Of a stretch of 64,000 bases of DNA, positions 41,972-56,370 are shown in pieces. Position 1 is the first letter of the stretch. Every line of letters starts with the position of its first letter. Position numbers and translations under genes: made by a program. Below the pieces are notes generated by a model that did not search any database, was not told the DNA's origin, and was given only the letters and a program-made list of their open reading frames with translations. Source of the stretch: Octopus vulgaris (taxonomy: Eukaryota); the NCBI GenBank assembly GCA_951406725.2, contig OX597827.1:71796001-71860000 (forward strand), written 5' to 3'.

Positions 41972-42764
41972 TGTGTGGCATGTCTATGTGTCTGAACATA
42001 GCCGTAAACATGCCATGCCGTTCGTATTGATATCTACTTATAAATCAAATGATTCAACTCGAAACAAGAACGTCGTGTCACTCACTTCTTGGCCGCCGGG
42101 TTTTGTTAAGTGATAACCTTAAAGCGATTTTAAGAAGAGATAATAATAGATGATATCTACTAGCGCGGTAAACCTGCTTTATGAGAATAAACTATATACG
42201 AATATGACAGACTTGAAATAATTGTATAAATCTTCGAATATAAATCTACAGGTAATTTCCTTTCCAGTCTGATCACGAAGGAAAGGAAGTGGATTTCATG
42301 GGGCATAACTTACCCCGAAAGGATGAAAGGCGAAGTTGAGCTCTGTGTACCCTTCCACTATAGGCACAAGGCCTGAAATTTCGGGGGTTCATGACTATTC
42401 AACTGGTACTTAATTTATCGACCCTGAAAGGATGAAAGGCAATGTCAACCTGGTGTCTCAAACCGAAGTGGCTACGACATCCTGGGTATCTTGGCTCTGG
42501 GGTACCTTGACCGCACAGGAAGGTGCAAGTGAACCATAAGCAACAGCACAAACTGTGATAGTAGAGGGATATCCAGGAGTTAGGGGACGCAATACTTGCG
42601 TAAGGAGCGGGGGGTGGGTCGTCTCTGAAGAGCTTCTGCTGTCAACTCTCCCTGAACTACACCGACCCCTGTTTAACACGGGTGTTAGTTTTGGATAGAA
42701 TTTTTTTTAAAAAACCAATACCGTGTTAAGTGAATCAGTAATAATTCTTTTATTCTTTTATTCG

Positions 42765-43154
42765 TTTACTTGTTTCAGACAGTTTTGACTGTGGACATGC
42801 TGGAGCACCGCCTATTTAGTCGAAGAAATCGACCCCAGGATTTACTCTTTGTAAGCTTGGTACTTTTTCTTTCGGTCTTTTTTGCCGAACCGCTAATTTA
42901 CGGGGACGTAAACACACCAACATCGGTTGTCAAACGATGGTAGGGGGACAAACACAGACACACACACACATATATATATATTTACTTATTTATATACGAC
43001 CGGCTTCTTTCAGTTTCCGTCTACAAAATCCACTCACAAGGCTTTGGTCTTCCCAAGACCATAGTAAATGACACTTGCCCAAGGTGCCACGCAGTAGGAC
43101 TGAACCCAGAACCACACGGTTGGGAAGCAAGCTTCTTACCCCACAGCTACACCT
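42765..43154 (-). mobile_element. SINE family A
   Basis: Family match. Confidence 0.8.
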
Positions 43155-43451
43155 ATGAATATATTGATCCCCGGAAGGATGAAAGGCGAAGTTGGGCTCT
43201 GTATACCTTGCCACTATAGGCACAAGCCTGAAATTTTGTGGTTCATGACTAGTTGATTACATCGACCCCAGTACTCAACTGGTACTTAATTTGTCGACTT
43301 CTGAAATGATGAAAGGCAAAGTCAACCTCGGCGGAATTTGAACTCAGAACGTAGCGACGGGCGAAAAATCGCTAAACATTTCGTCCGGGGCGCTAACGAT
43401 TCTGCCAGCACGCCGCCTTCTATAATGATAATAATAATATTAATAATAATG

Positions 43452-43513
<62 letters not shown>

Positions 43514-43622
43514 CCTTTCTTCTATAGACACAAGGCTAAAATTTGGGTGAGGTGGGTAAGTCGTTAGTAGTAGTAATAGTAGTAGTAGCAGCAGCAACAG
43601 TAGCAGTAGCAGTAGTAGCAGC

Positions 43623-43680
<58 letters not shown>

Positions 43681-43689
43681 ACGATCTGA

Positions 43690-44042
43690 TAGTATTTATC
43701 TCTAGCCATACCAAATGACATGATCGTTGTGAGTAAAAAGGTGAAAGAAAATCCCCCAAATACTCCGGAATGAAATTGGAAATGGCAAGACTGTATGGAA
43801 CGGGAGAGGGTAATGTAAAAGTGATACCAGTGGTGATCGGAGCGTTGGGCTCAATCCCACTGAAACTTCAAGACTTCTTAAGGCAACTGCAAATCCCATG
43901 CAAGATTGATGTCTTGCAAAAAGCAGCCTTATTGGGCGCAGCGCACATCTTAAGGAAAGTATTATCTGTCTGAGGTCCTCGTTGCGACTTGACAGATGAC
44001 TAAAGACTGCGGTGCATTTTTACCTACACTGTGTTACGAAGG
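43690..44042 (+). pseudogene. R4/Dong-like LINE 3' end
   Basis: VKVIPVVIGALGSIP...LQKAALLGAAHILRKVL* followed by a short UTR and (AAT)n. Confidence 0.8.
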
Positions 44043-44553
44043 AATAATAACAATAATAATAATAATCCTTTCTACTATAGGCACATAGTCTAAAATTGGC
44101 GGGGTGGGGGTGATGACTATTCAATTACATAAGACCCCAGTGTTCAACAGGTACTCATTTTATCGGCCCCATTCTCCCCCAAGCCCACCCACCGAAATGA
44201 TGAAAGGAAAAAAAAATCTAGCTTCGGTGGAATTTAAACTCAGAACATAAAGCCGGGGAAAATGCGGTTAAGCAGTTTGTCCGACGCGCCAACGGAAATT
44301 GCCAGCTCGCCGCCCTGACGAGAAACGATAATCACCACAATACTGACATCAAATACAATCGGATTAACGCAAATGCATCGAAAAACTATAGAGGGCAACA
44401 CACTGCGTCTACTGTTCTGTCTTTGAATCCGTTAGAATTGGAAGATTTACGTATTATATTTAACTTGGCTAATTCATCTTAATTCTTGTTTATTGCACAC
44501 TGGAAGAAAAAAGACCTCATCACTCCGTTAATGGTTGCCATCATCATCAATAC

Positions 44554-44608
<55 letters not shown>

Positions 44609-44939
44609 ATTATTATTATTACATTTTTTTCATATCTTCGAAATAAATATAAAATTGGAAATAATTTTCAAAGAGACAGTAATCTTTGGTGGAATAACAG
44701 TAAGAGTGAAGTGTCTCTTAGATACCATTATTTAATTCTTAGACAAGCTTAGATGAAATGAAATAAACCACTATACGTACACACACACACACACACATTG
44801 ATGCATAGAAATACTTCTATCCATACATATGACTACATACATATATGCATACATATAAATACACCGAACACACATGAACACACATGTATATACATACATG
44901 TATGCATATATATGTGTGTATACGTATATATATATACAT

Positions 44940-44998
<59 letters not shown>

Positions 44999-45156
44999 TA
45001 GATATATATATATACATATATATATTCATGTATACATATATATAATATATAAACATGTATATATATATATATATTTGTATATATATATATATACTAATAT
45101 AAACATGTTTATATATTATATATATATATACATATGTACACATGCATACATACATG

Positions 45157-45204
<48 letters not shown>

Positions 45205-45628
45205 CTCACACATATATGTGTGTATATCTATATATGTACGTATGTGTGTCTGTGTGCGTGTCCCGGTGTGTGTGTATGTATTTATACATATATTCGCACA
45301 CAGCATGACTTAAGGCTGTTTCCAACAAACATTGGTGACGCCAAGCTTGGGAATAAAAACAGACGACCATTAGTGTACACCCGCGCGCGTACACACACAC
45401 ACATACACACACACACAAGCACACACACACAAGCACACACACACAAGCACACACACACACGCGCGCACGCTTAACCATAACAAGCAACAAACTGATGCGC
45501 AAATAAACAACATATTTTTAAAAGATGATTTAGGGTTCTCTCTCTCACTCTCTCTCTCTCTCTTCCCAACAACATTCTTGGCGCCAATTGAACTTCTGAG
45601 GACTGAGACTGATTCGATTCAGATAAAT

Positions 45629-45668
<40 letters not shown>

Positions 45669-45752
45669 ACATACACACACACATACACCACAACACACGG
45701 GCATACATGTATGTGCGTATATATCAATATCAATACATACATATATATATAT

Positions 45753-46045
45753 ACTCTTTTACTCTTTGGTTTCAGTCATTTGACTGTGGCCATGCTGGAG
45801 CACCGCCTTTAGTCGAGCAATTCGACCCCAGGATTTTTCTTTGTAAGCCTAGTACTTATTCTATCGGTGTCTTTTGCCGAACCGCTACGGGTTTCTTTCA
45901 GTTTCCGTCTACCAAATCCACTCACAAGGCTTTAGACGGCCCGAGGCTATAGTAGAAGACACTTGGCCAAGGTGCCATACAGCGGGACTGAACCTGGAAC
46001 CATGTGGTTGGTAAGCAAGCTACTTACCTCACAGTCACTCCTACT
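45753..46045 (-). mobile_element. SINE family A lacking the central microsatellite segment
   Basis: Family match with an internal deletion. Confidence 0.8.
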
Positions 46046-46046
46046 A

Positions 46047-46089
<43 letters not shown>

Positions 46090-46096
46090 GAAGGAG

Positions 46097-46143
46097 CTTC
46101 TACAGGACTAGAACTGTTTCATTCAAGAGAAATCTTCAGGAAG
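46097..46143 (-). ncRNA. Type I hammerhead ribozyme (left arm copy)
   Basis: CUUC-CUGAAGA-UUUC-UCUU-GAAU-GAAA-CAG-UUCUAGUC-CUG-UA-GAAG. Confidence 0.7.
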
Positions 46144-46243
46144 AAAATATGTTGTTTATTTGCGCATCAGTTTGTTGCTTGTTATGGTTAAGCGTGCGCG
46201 CGTGTGTGTGTGTGCTTGTGTGTGTGTGCTTGTGTGTGTGTGC

Positions 46244-46287
<44 letters not shown>

Positions 46288-46328
46288 AGTGTGTGTGTAT
46301 GTGTGTGTGTGTACACTAATGGTCGTCT

Positions 46329-46377
46329 GCTTCCTGAAGATTTCTCTTGAATGAAACAGTTCTAGCCCTGTAGAAGC
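46329..46377 (+). ncRNA. Type I hammerhead ribozyme (right arm copy)
   Basis: GCUUC-CUGAAGA-UUUC-UCUU-GAAU-GAAA-CAG-UUCUAGCC-CUG-UA-GAAGC. Stem II is weak. Confidence 0.72.
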
Positions 46378-46461
46378 TCCTTCTATATAATAAATTAATT
46401 TTACTCTGCTATGTATTGAGTACCTTATTTACTGTGGTTAACCCCGAATCAACCCGGGACC

Positions 46462-46545
<84 letters not shown>

Positions 46546-46566
46546 CATATATATATGTATATGTAT

Positions 46567-46657
<91 letters not shown>

Positions 46658-46723
46658 TAATATACATATTCACACTCACATATATTAATATAATGTTTGC
46701 ATATAATATATATATATATATTA

Positions 46724-46932
46724 AGGCGGCGAACTGGCAGAAACGTTAGCAGCATTTCGTCGGTATTCACGTTCTGAGTTCAAATGCTACCTAAGTCGAC
46801 CTTACCTTTCATCCTTTCGGGGTCGATTGAATAAGTATCAGTTACGCACTGAGGTCGATGTTATCAACTTAATCCCATGTCTGTCCTTGTTTGTGCCCTC
46901 TTTGTTTATCCCCCTGTGGGCAATAAAGAAAT
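46724..46932 (+). mobile_element. SINE B, diverged
   Basis: Family match. Confidence 0.75.
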
Positions 46933-47019
46933 ATATATATATATATGCATGTATATATGTGTGTGTGTGCCGTTTATCTTTTACTTGTTTCAGTCATTGG
47001 ACTGCAGCTCAAAAGAATA

Positions 47020-47390
47020 TTTGAGGAAAAGTTCAAATACAACCAGCCAGATATTGTTTTGTAGGAGCACAAGGAAAAGACATGTCCTGTTGTGGAAATC
47101 AGTCGCCCACTGGACACCAGTTTGGTTAGAAAAACACAAGAGAAAGACGACATCTGTAGACCTTTCATGAGGCGTTTTCAAATCCAGTACCCAAGATACA
47201 TTTTCATCGTCATACCTATCATTATTAGAGCAACATGAGACAAAGCAACCCACCTGGAGCAAATTATGGCTGAACTTGGGAAATTTTGAGGGGAGAGCGC
47301 GGATCCTTTATTCATACGCTACAACAGATCACGATATGATGGACTATAAAAGTCTGCAAGTCCCCTCTTAAGACTTAAAGGATGAGGCAC
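47020..47390 (+). pseudogene. Restriction-like-endonuclease LINE C-terminal fragment
   Basis: KYNQPDIVL*EHKEKTCPVVEISRPLD...QYPRYIFIVIPIII. Confidence 0.65.
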
Positions 47391-47422
47391 AAAACAAGAC
47401 GTTTTCCTTCACAACGTTTCTT

Positions 47423-47633
47423 ATTTCTTTATTGCCCACAAGGCGCTAAACATAGAGGAGACAAACAAGGACAGACAAAGGGATTGCCCCAGTGCGTAAC
47501 TGGTACTTAATTTATCGACCCCGAAAGGATGAAAGGCAAAGTCGACCTCGGCGGAATTTGAACTCAGAACGCAAAGTCGAAATACCGCTAAGAATTTCGC
47601 CGGGCGTGCTAGCGATTCTGACAGCTCGCCGCC
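47423..47633 (-). mobile_element. SINE B
   Basis: Family match with TSD TCACAACGTTTCT. Confidence 0.8.
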
Positions 47634-47732
47634 TTTCCATCACAACGTTTCTACCAAGTAAGTGGTCGGCTAAACTTCATTATAAATTAAAACCAGAAAG
47701 CGAACATACATACATACATACATACATACATA

Positions 47733-47788
<56 letters not shown>

Positions 47789-48108
47789 CGTGCGGATATA
47801 TATATAAATATAGAAAGCATATTCGGTATTTTACGTTTTACAAAACACACGCGTTTTGGCAGGCTGACTGCCAAGATTACATAATTGCTTGTTGAAACAT
47901 TATATAAAATGATTATCTCACCTCTTCAGGAAATGAATTAATAACATGATACAATTTTCCAGCAAGTAGTTATATTATTCTGGCAATCGGTTTATCGAAA
48001 CGTACGAATGTCTTATAAAACATAAAATATTAATAATCATTTCTACATTTTATTGATACTTCTAGGTGACTCATATTCTGTACACCATGCTTTGGTACTC
48101 CATCTATA

Positions 48109-48446
48109 GGAGGTGCAATGGCTCAGTGGTTAGAGCAGCGGACTCGCGGTTGTAGGATCGCGGTTTTGATTCCCAGACCGGGCGTTGTGAGTGTCTATTG
48201 AGCGAAAACACCTAAAGCTCCACGAGACTCCGGCAGGGGATGGTGGCGAACCCTACTGTACACTTTCACCACAACTTTCTCTCACACTTTCTTCCTGTTT
48301 CTGTTGTACCTGTATTTCACACTCTGTGTCACGCTTAATCTCACCGAGAACTACGTTAAGGGTGCACGTGTCTGCGGAATGCTCAGCCACTTACACGTTA
48401 ATTTCACGAGCAGGCTGTTCCGTTAATCGGATCAACGGAGCTCCAC
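48109..48446 (+). mobile_element. SINE family C
   Basis: Family match with small deletions. Confidence 0.8.
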
Positions 48447-48589
48447 AATATATATATATGTGTGTGTGTGTATATGTATGTATATGTGTGTGTGTTTGTG
48501 TGTGTATGTACGTACGTACGTATGTATGTATGTATGTATGTATGTATGTATGTATGTATGTATGTATGTATGTATGTATGTATGTATGT

Positions 48590-48788
48590 TAGGACTTAAA
48601 CGACATGCAAAGGTACATAAAGCCCAGTTACAACTACAGCCGGCTATTACCAGTAAAGGTTTTAGTTGCCAATTTTGTACAAGACATTGTAGATCTTTAG
48701 CTGAGCTAAAAAGTCACATTCGATCACAGCACCAGTAACAGTTAAGCTTCGTGCAATGGCCATACTCGATAACGAGGGGCAGCCATAA
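48590..48788 (+). pseudogene. RTE-like LINE 3' end (terminal C2H2 finger and short UTR) within (TATG)n
   Basis: FSCQFCTRHCRSLAELKSHIRSQH*, then GGCCATACTCGATAACGAGGGGCAGCC. Confidence 0.65.
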
Positions 48789-49139
48789 TGTATGTATGTA
48801 TGTATGTATGTATGTATGTATGTATGTATGTATGTATGTATGTATGTATGTATGTATGTATGTATAATTAATGTGAAAAGCAGGTTACAATGTTTCAACA
48901 AAAAGGAGAGATATAACTTTCACTAAATGTGACTATGGTGTTAAAACACCCAATTAGGTTGTTCCGAAAATAATGGCCGCTCTAAGTGTTTTTGTTTTGA
49001 AGCGCAATTTTATCATAGTGTTTTAATTATATTAGGTCATACACTTTCGTATATATACGAGGGGTCGGGGTGAGAGGTTCCTGGCTTTGGGTAAAATACA
49101 ATACTGGGGGATCAGTCGACTGGCACTCCACCAGGGTTC

Positions 49140-49710
49140 GTGAAATTAACGTGCAACTGGCTGAGTATACCTATTTCTTTATTACCCACAAGGGGCTAAA
49201 CACAGAGGGGACAAACAAGGACAGACATAGGTATTAAGTCGATTACATCGACCCCAGTGCGTAACTGGTACTTATTTAATCGACCCCGAAAGGATGAAAG
49301 GCAAAGTCGACCTCGGCGGAATTTGAACTCACAACGTAACACAGACGAAATACCGCTAAGCATTTCGCCCGGCGTGCTAACGTTTCTGCCAGCTCACCGC
49401 CTGGCTGAGTATACCACAGACTGAGTATACTGGCTGAGTATACTGAGTATACAGGCTGAGTATACTGGCTGAGTATACCACAGACACGCGTACCCTTAAT
49501 GTAGTTCTTAGGGAGATTCAGCGTGACACAGAATGTGACAAGGCTGGCTCCTTCGAAGCACAAGTACTACTCATTTTTTGCCAGCTGAGTAGATTGGAGC
49601 GACGTGAGATAAAGTGTCTTGCTCAAGGGCAAAGTGCGCTGCCGGGAACCGAACTCACAACGTTACGACCGTGAGCCGATTGCCCTATCCACTAAGGCAT
49701 TCTCCTTCAC
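49140..49710 (-). mobile_element. C-tailed SINE interrupted by SINE B (49172-49401)
   Basis: TSD TGGCTGAGTATACC. The host SINE continues on both sides. Confidence 0.75.
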
Positions 49711-49768
49711 AGAGAAACAGTTAATTATGATTTTATTCAACATGTTCCCTTCTCAGATTCACATATAT

Positions 49769-49934
49769 AGGCGCAGGAGTGGCTGTGTGGTAAGTAGCTT
49801 GCCAACCAGCCACATGGTTCCGGGTTCAGTCCCACTGCGTGGCATCTTGGGCAAGTGTCTTCTGCTATAGCCCCGGGCCGACCAATGCCTTGTGAGTGGA
49901 TTTGGTAGATGGAAACTGAAAGAAGCCTGTCGTA

Positions 49935-50028
<94 letters not shown>

Positions 50029-50221
50029 TGTGTCTGTGTTTGTCCCCCTAGCATTGCTTGACAACCGATGCTGGTATGTTTACGTCCCCGTCACTTAGCG
50101 GTTCGGCAAAAGAGACCGATAGAATAAGCACTGGGCTTACAAAGAATAAGTCCCGGGGTCGATTTGCTCGACTAAAGGCAGTGCTCCAGCATGGCCGCAG
50201 TCAAATGACTGAAACAAGTAA
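49769..50221 (+). mobile_element. SINE family A, full length
   Basis: Family match. Confidence 0.88.
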
Positions 50222-50558
50222 AACAGAGAAAGAGATACTTACTGTAGGGGTCCTTCAGTTTCTTTAAACCCTGTAAAAGAAACCGGAAGATTGGGCCTCA
50301 AATAAGGCTTTTCGCTATACCCTTCAAGCCAGGAACTTTTCAGCACTTGTGTGTGTGTGTGTGTGTGTGTGTGTTATGGGTGGGGTGGGGAAAAGTTCCT
50401 GGCTTGAAGGGTATCGCGAAGGGCCTGGTTGGAAACCCAACTTTCCGAGTTCTTTTACAGGGCTTAGAAAAAACTGAAGGACGGCTGAATTACGTGTGTG
50501 AACCCGAGAGGGGAATATGCTGAATAAAATCATGATTAACTCTGGTCCTCCTGTCGCG

Positions 50559-50628
<70 letters not shown>

Positions 50629-50650
50629 AAAATATTCTAATCAGGTATTC

Positions 50651-51058
50651 TTTTACTCTTTTTACTTGTTTCAGTCATTTGACTGCGGCCATGCTGGAGC
50701 ACCGCCTTTACTCGAGCAAATCGACCCCGGGACTTATTCTTTGTAAGCCCAGTACTTATTCTATCGGTCACTTTTGCCGAACCGCTAAGTTACGGGGACG
50801 TAAACACACCAGCATCGGTTGTCAAGCAATGCTAGGGGGACAAACACAGACACACAAATATACACACACACACATATATATATATACATATATACGACAG
50901 GCTTCTTTCAGTTTCCGTCTACTAAATCCACTCACAAAGCATTGGTCGGCCCGGGGCTATAGCAGAAGACACTAGCCCAAGATGCCACGCAGTGGGACTG
51001 AACCCGAACCATGTGGTTGGTAAGCAAGCTACTTACTACACGGCCACTCCTGCGCCTA
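50651..51058 (-). mobile_element. SINE family A, full length
   Basis: Family match, inverted relative to 49769-50221. Confidence 0.88.
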
Positions 51059-51466
51059 TATTGAGTACTCTTTTATGGAAATCTCTTCTTCAACACAAGA
51101 ATATATTCATGAACGTATTGTGCTTTCACATATGTCTGTAGGCTTGTATGTCTTCCTTTTCCTTTACGAATATGAGTATTTTTATATGTATGTATGTGCG
51201 TGTGTTTGTGTATATATGTATGTGTGCATGCATGTGTGTATGTTTGTATGTATATGTGTGCGCGTGTGTTTGTGTATGTGTGTGTGTGTGTGTGTGCGTA
51301 GGCACGCGTCCCTGCGGTCGTTGTCCTGACCTTATTCTTCCAAATTACTGTTCCGGATAGAGAGAACCGGTCTCCAAGGCCGAAAAACACGTACAATACA
51401 GACGCACACGCATATATACATATGTGTGTCTACTTGGCTGAACGCATCTATGTAAGCGCGTATGTG

Positions 51467-51501
<35 letters not shown>

Positions 51502-51517
51502 GTGCACACGTAAACAA

Positions 51518-51588
<71 letters not shown>

Positions 51589-51605
51589 TAGATAGACAGA
51601 TAGAC

Positions 51606-51636
<31 letters not shown>

Positions 51637-51637
51637 C

Positions 51638-51676
<39 letters not shown>

Positions 51677-51677
51677 C

Positions 51678-51750
<73 letters not shown>

Positions 51751-51757
51751 CATACAT

Positions 51758-51794
<37 letters not shown>

Positions 51795-52232
51795 TTAACT
51801 AGTAGATCGGAATGGCACAGTCGATACCAGCGGGGTGTCAGTAGAGTTCCTATTCGTATTTACTCTATATCCAGTGTATTGGAAACAAATATTTTATATA
51901 CATATGTATGTGTTTACACAACACACACACATACACACACACACACACATGCACATATATATACACACACATACATACATATATGTGTACGCTTGGGTAT
52001 AGAAACCTACAGATATAAACATATAAACAAAACGCTCGCACAGACAGCATACACATGCACAAACATATACATATAAATAAATGTATATATATATATATAC
52101 ATATATGTGTGTTGTGTGTGAATGTGTGCGTGTGTATGTATATGCATCTATGTATGTGTGAGTGTATGTGAATGTATGTATGTATTTTGAGAGGAAGAGG
52201 TGGGGGAGAGATAGAAAGAAGTATAGAAATCG

Positions 52233-52263
<31 letters not shown>

Positions 52264-52345
52264 TGTATATATATACATATATATACATATATAAATATAC
52301 ATATATATATATGTGTGTGTGTGTGTGAGTATATATATATATATG

Positions 52346-52445
<100 letters not shown>

Positions 52446-52941
52446 TGTGTGTATATATATATATGTGTGTGTGTGTATGTATGTAAGTAGAGAGAGTTCT
52501 ATCTATCTGAGTTACATACACTTTACCCCCGAGGCAACAAAATATTTGCAAAGTGGGGATGTGATCGATTGACACGATTCTGTGTTTTCAACTGTTACGT
52601 ATGAATGACAAGGTCGACAACTGCTGCGTCTCAACTGACTTCCAGAAGAACCCATTTGCGTTCCCCAAGGCCGGCCTAAGTAATCTTCACATACACACAT
52701 ACACATACATACATACATTCATACATACATACATACATACATACATACATACATACATGCATGTATATATATGTGTGTGGGCGGGGGATTTCGTTTTGGG
52801 ATTTTGTTTGCAAGATTCTTTATGTGAGTTCGTGTGTTGAAGCATATTTTGTTGTGTCTGGGGAGAGCCATTCTCTTTTAGTGCCTTATTATTTAACACA
52901 CTCACCGATAAAATGCTCACTCTTTTATTTATTTTTCTGGA

Positions 52942-53096
52942 AGCTGTGTGGTAAGTAGCTTGCTAACCAACCACATGGTTCCGGGTTCAGTCCCACTGCG
53001 TGGCATCTTGGGCAAGTGTCTTATGCTATAGCCCCAGGCCAACCAATGCCTTGTGAGTGGATTTGGTAGACGGAAACTGAAAGAAGCTTGTCGTAA

Positions 53097-53172
<76 letters not shown>

Positions 53173-53270
53173 GCGTGTGTGTTTGCGTGTCTGTGTTTGT
53201 CCCCCTAGCATTGCTTGACAACCGATGCTGGTGTGTTTACGTCCCCGTCACTTAACGGTTCGGCAAAAAA
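52942..53270 (+). mobile_element. SINE family A, 3'-truncated
   Basis: Family match. Confidence 0.8.
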
Positions 53271-53689
53271 AGAGGCATGTATATATGTGTATATATATGT
53301 GTACATATTACATGTACATCTATATATATACATCTACACATAAAATGCAAAATACAAAGTTATATCTTGATATCGCTAGTGATATCAATACTCAAAATAT
53401 ATAACAGACTAGAATTGTTAGCTCTTCTTTTTCTCTACATTGTATACTTTATAGACAATAGTCTTTTCTTTAATTTAATTTTTTATTATCCATCTGGACT
53501 ATTCCATTTCTGCACACTAATTTTATTTTTAATTTATTCCCATTCATGTGAAACCACTTATTCAAGTTCAAATCATTGATGCTGTTTTATACCAATTGCT
53601 ATTTTTACTTATATTATACTTTAGTTTGATTTTAATTATTACTTACTACATATAATTCAATTGTTATTATTATTTTTATTGTTAAAGTG

Positions 53690-53937
53690 AAAGCATCTGA
53701 CATAAAATAGAGAAATGTTTTTGTTTCACTTTTAACACGTAATACTGAAATAGTGGAGAAGATATGATATTGCTATGGGCTCGCTCTAGGCAAGAAGTTG
53801 AACATTTTTTTCGCCCATGAAACTACATGGACCCTAAGTAAGGCATGTGTAAAATTTGAATGAAATTGGTTGTGTAGTTCTCAAGCTTTAGGGAAACACA
53901 CAGACAGACACACATTCTCAGTTTTATATATATAGAT
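53690..53937 (-). mobile_element. Possible non-autonomous Helitron-like 5' segment
   Basis: The minus strand starts TCTATATATATAAAACTGAGAATGTGTGTCTGTCTG...CAACCAATTTCATTCAAATTT, a pattern typical of invertebrate non-autonomous Helitrons. No 3' end located. Confidence 0.4.
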
Positions 53938-53979
53938 ATATATATATAAAGATATATATATATATAGATATATATATAT

Positions 53980-54054
<75 letters not shown>

Positions 54055-54067
54055 TATATATATAGAT

Positions 54068-54117
<50 letters not shown>

Positions 54118-54525
54118 CCGCACACATGGATGTGTAGTAAGAGGCTTGTTTTCAAACCACATGATGCTGGTTTCAATCCTACTGCATGTAGACAAAGGCC
54201 TTATGAGTGAATTAGGTAGACGGAAACTGAAAGAAGCCTGTTCTATATGTGTGCGTATGTGTCAATGTGTATGTGTGTGTGTGTCTTTGTGTATGATTGT
54301 CCCGCACCACCGCTTAACAACCGGTGATGGTTTATTTACGTCCTTGAAACCTAGCGGTTCAAAATAATAACCTATATAATAAGTACCAGCCTTAAAAAAA
54401 AATAACTGGAGTCCATTTGTTCGACCAAAGCCATCAAAGTGGATCTCCCAGCAAGGCCACAGTCCAATGAATGAAAATATAAAAGAAAACATACACACAC
54501 ACACACACACATACGCATCTAAGTA

Positions 54526-54571
<46 letters not shown>

Positions 54572-54989
54572 AGCGGTGGCCTGCCCTTGGGCAGTTCCTG
54601 AGCGTGTGAAACTTTTCCCTCACTCTCTGTAAGACCTGGGTGGGCCCATACCCTCCTCTGCCGCCGTTAAGAAGATGACTGGAACTTTGACTACCATGGA
54701 CAGGTTTGGGAAGAAGATTAGAAGGATTTCACGTTGCGCTCTCCAGGCAGGTGGTGATTTGAACTCAGAATGTAGCGAACCGGAAGATATGCCATAAAGT
54801 ATTTCTGCCGATGCGCCAATGATTCTGCCGCTCTGCCACGCGCAGAGCAAAAGCGAAATGAAATGTTTTGCTCAAGAACACGACGCGTCGCGCGGTTCGG
54901 GAATCGAACCCACGATCTAGCGATCGTGAGTGCAACACCCTAGCCGCTAGGTCACGCCTATAAAAAACGTATTATCTTCGAAGATATGT

Positions 54990-56370
54990 TTTGAAACAAG
55001 AAGTAATTTCCTGACCCTAAATCCCAAGTAGAAAAATTCGGCGGAACGAAAGACTACTTCTTACACGTTTGAAGTAAATCGGGATTTGAAGTATGACGAA
55101 GATCTTTAGCCAAAGGCAGAGCCTTGGGTTGGAAATTATTCTCAAAATAATGTTTGACAGCGGAACAAATGTTTTACGAACAATTCGCTAAAATAAATCG
55201 TGTGTAACACGAGTTTTTCTATCAGATTAGATTTTTCTATTAGACTTCTTTCAATAGTCTTGGTCTGTTACGATAACAAACAAGCAACGGCGCTGAGTTT
55301 CAAGTCTCTAGCGACATTTGCTCCGAGCAACATTGTGAAACGATCTTTTCCTACTCTGTATTTTGGTGCCCACTTTTTTCTCAGTTGAGATAAAAGTCTT
55401 AGAGGATAAGCATATCCAAAAGTAGTCCACATTCGCCTCCATTAAAAACTATTGGGTTGTCCGGAAAGTTCGTGCCGATTTTTAAAGGAAAGTAAAAGGT
55501 CAATAAATACTTGCCATTACGTTTTTAAACAAACAAATATGAACCATTTTGTTGCACAATGCGTCTCCATCTTTTCTTTAACTTAAAAATACCCTCTTCC
55601 CAGAATTGAGGTGGTTTCATGGCAAAGAATTCATCAAGGTATCTTTTTACGTCATCCAAGGAATTGAAATTTTTACCATTAAGACTATTCTGCAGAGACC
55701 TGAATAAGTGGAAATCCGAAGGAGCAATATCTGGTTAATATGGAGGGTTGGGTAACACATCCCAGCCGAGCTGCAGCAATTTTTGTCTGGTTCCCAAAGC
55801 ATCAAGTGCCGAAAATGAACTTTCTTATCTTCTACTTTAAAGGGTTACAGAATTAACACAGGTTATAGGAACATGAACCTTCTTCCACGAAAAGATAGCT
55901 TAAACTGTACTCTAAATGGAGGTGTAGTCATATCTTATTTCATGAACTCAACCATGTTCTAAAATAAGTCGAAAGGTAAGATACTATAAAGCGGCACGAA
56001 CTTTCCGGACAACCTAATAGATTTGATGGATATTTTTGTACCATTTTCTTTCCAGTTGTGCTGGACATTCCAATGTTAGCACTTACTGATTCCACTGTTA
56101 ATCGAATGCTAAAATCGTTTCCTCAACTTCACAAATCCACGAGAAGCAACAGCAGACGTTTCAATGACTTGTTCAGCTTCTTGTTTCAAATGATTAAATA
56201 AATTTAACACTTTTCACTGAATAATAAACTTGGAAAATCAGCCAGCGATCCGAACAATTAACAATTCTCCATGTTAACCATAATTTTACTACGAGTCCAT
56301 CATAGCGTAGAAATGTTACGGGCACATGAATTTCTCGTGGCAGTTTTTATTTCGTCGGATCAATTCATTG
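54990..56370 (-). pseudogene. Decayed pogo/Tigger transposase interrupted by the mariner element
   Basis: Minus strand KDRFTMLLGANVARDLKL and FVPLSNII...PKAL-like fragments. Confidence 0.65.
55452..56017 (-). mobile_element. Second copy of the non-autonomous mariner
   Basis: Same TIRs, TA TSD and internal deletion breakpoint as 5598-6164, in opposite orientation. Confidence 0.92.

Larger units (their letters stand above)
46081..46463. mobile_element. Fold-back element with two divergent hammerheads flanking captured local DNA
   Basis: Arms 46081-46143 and 46330-46392. Spacer 46144-46329 is the reverse complement of 45360-45518. Confidence 0.85.
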
